Part shown: positions 34,290 to 34,438 of the stretch, piece by piece
How the letters are laid out: the number at the start of each line of letters is the position of its first letter
Numbering within the stretch: position 1 is the first letter of the stretch
Assembly: GCF_006345805.1 (NCBI RefSeq)
Contig: NW_021833548.1
Location: forward strand, 1-34,438
DNA from: Octopus sinensis
Taxonomy: Eukaryota
Length of the DNA: 34,438 nt
Direction: 5' to 3'
The notes under the pieces: generated by a model
Database searches by the model: none
What the model was told of the DNA's origin: nothing
Seen by the model: the letters and a program-made list of their open reading frames with translations, nothing else
Translations under genes and position numbers: made by a program

Positions 34290-34438
34290 GCACAGGAGTG
34301 GCTGTGTTGTAAGTACCTTGTTTACCAACCACATCGTTCCGGATTCAGTCCTACTGCGTGGCATTTCGGGCAAGTGTCTTCTACTATAGCTTCGGGCCGA
34401 CCAAAGCCTTGTGAGTGGATTTGGTAGACGGAAACTGA
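34290..34438 (+). mobile_element. SINE family A head (runs off the window)
   Basis: GGCACAGGAGTGGCTGTG..GGTAGACGGAAACTGA. Confidence 0.85.

Overview
AT-rich, microsatellite-dense eukaryotic genomic DNA that is almost entirely repeat-derived. The SINE repertoire looks like octopus (coleoid cephalopod); this is inferred from family recognition, not from a database search. No intact host gene is supportable, and nearly all ORFs in the track are microsatellite or SINE artefacts. Contents: many tRNA-derived SINEs of three families, two MITE families (one with a perfect 9-bp TSD), non-autonomous Helitrons, a decayed IR/DR-type Tc1 element, RTE-like and restriction-like-endonuclease (RLE) LINE relics, and a probable solo LTR. 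The most striking unexplained signal is a set of type I hammerhead-ribozyme motifs of six unrelated sequence types, typical of Penelope-like element pseudo-LTRs. One is a ~409-bp near-perfect palindrome carrying a complete hammerhead on each strand. Also notable: 62-190 bp duplications flanking insertions, a stack of SINEs sharing one target site, and a SINE-derived minisatellite with higher-order structure. Scattered single-base indels in repeats suggest long-read assembly noise. Coordinates were counted by hand and diverged repeat ends are approximate.
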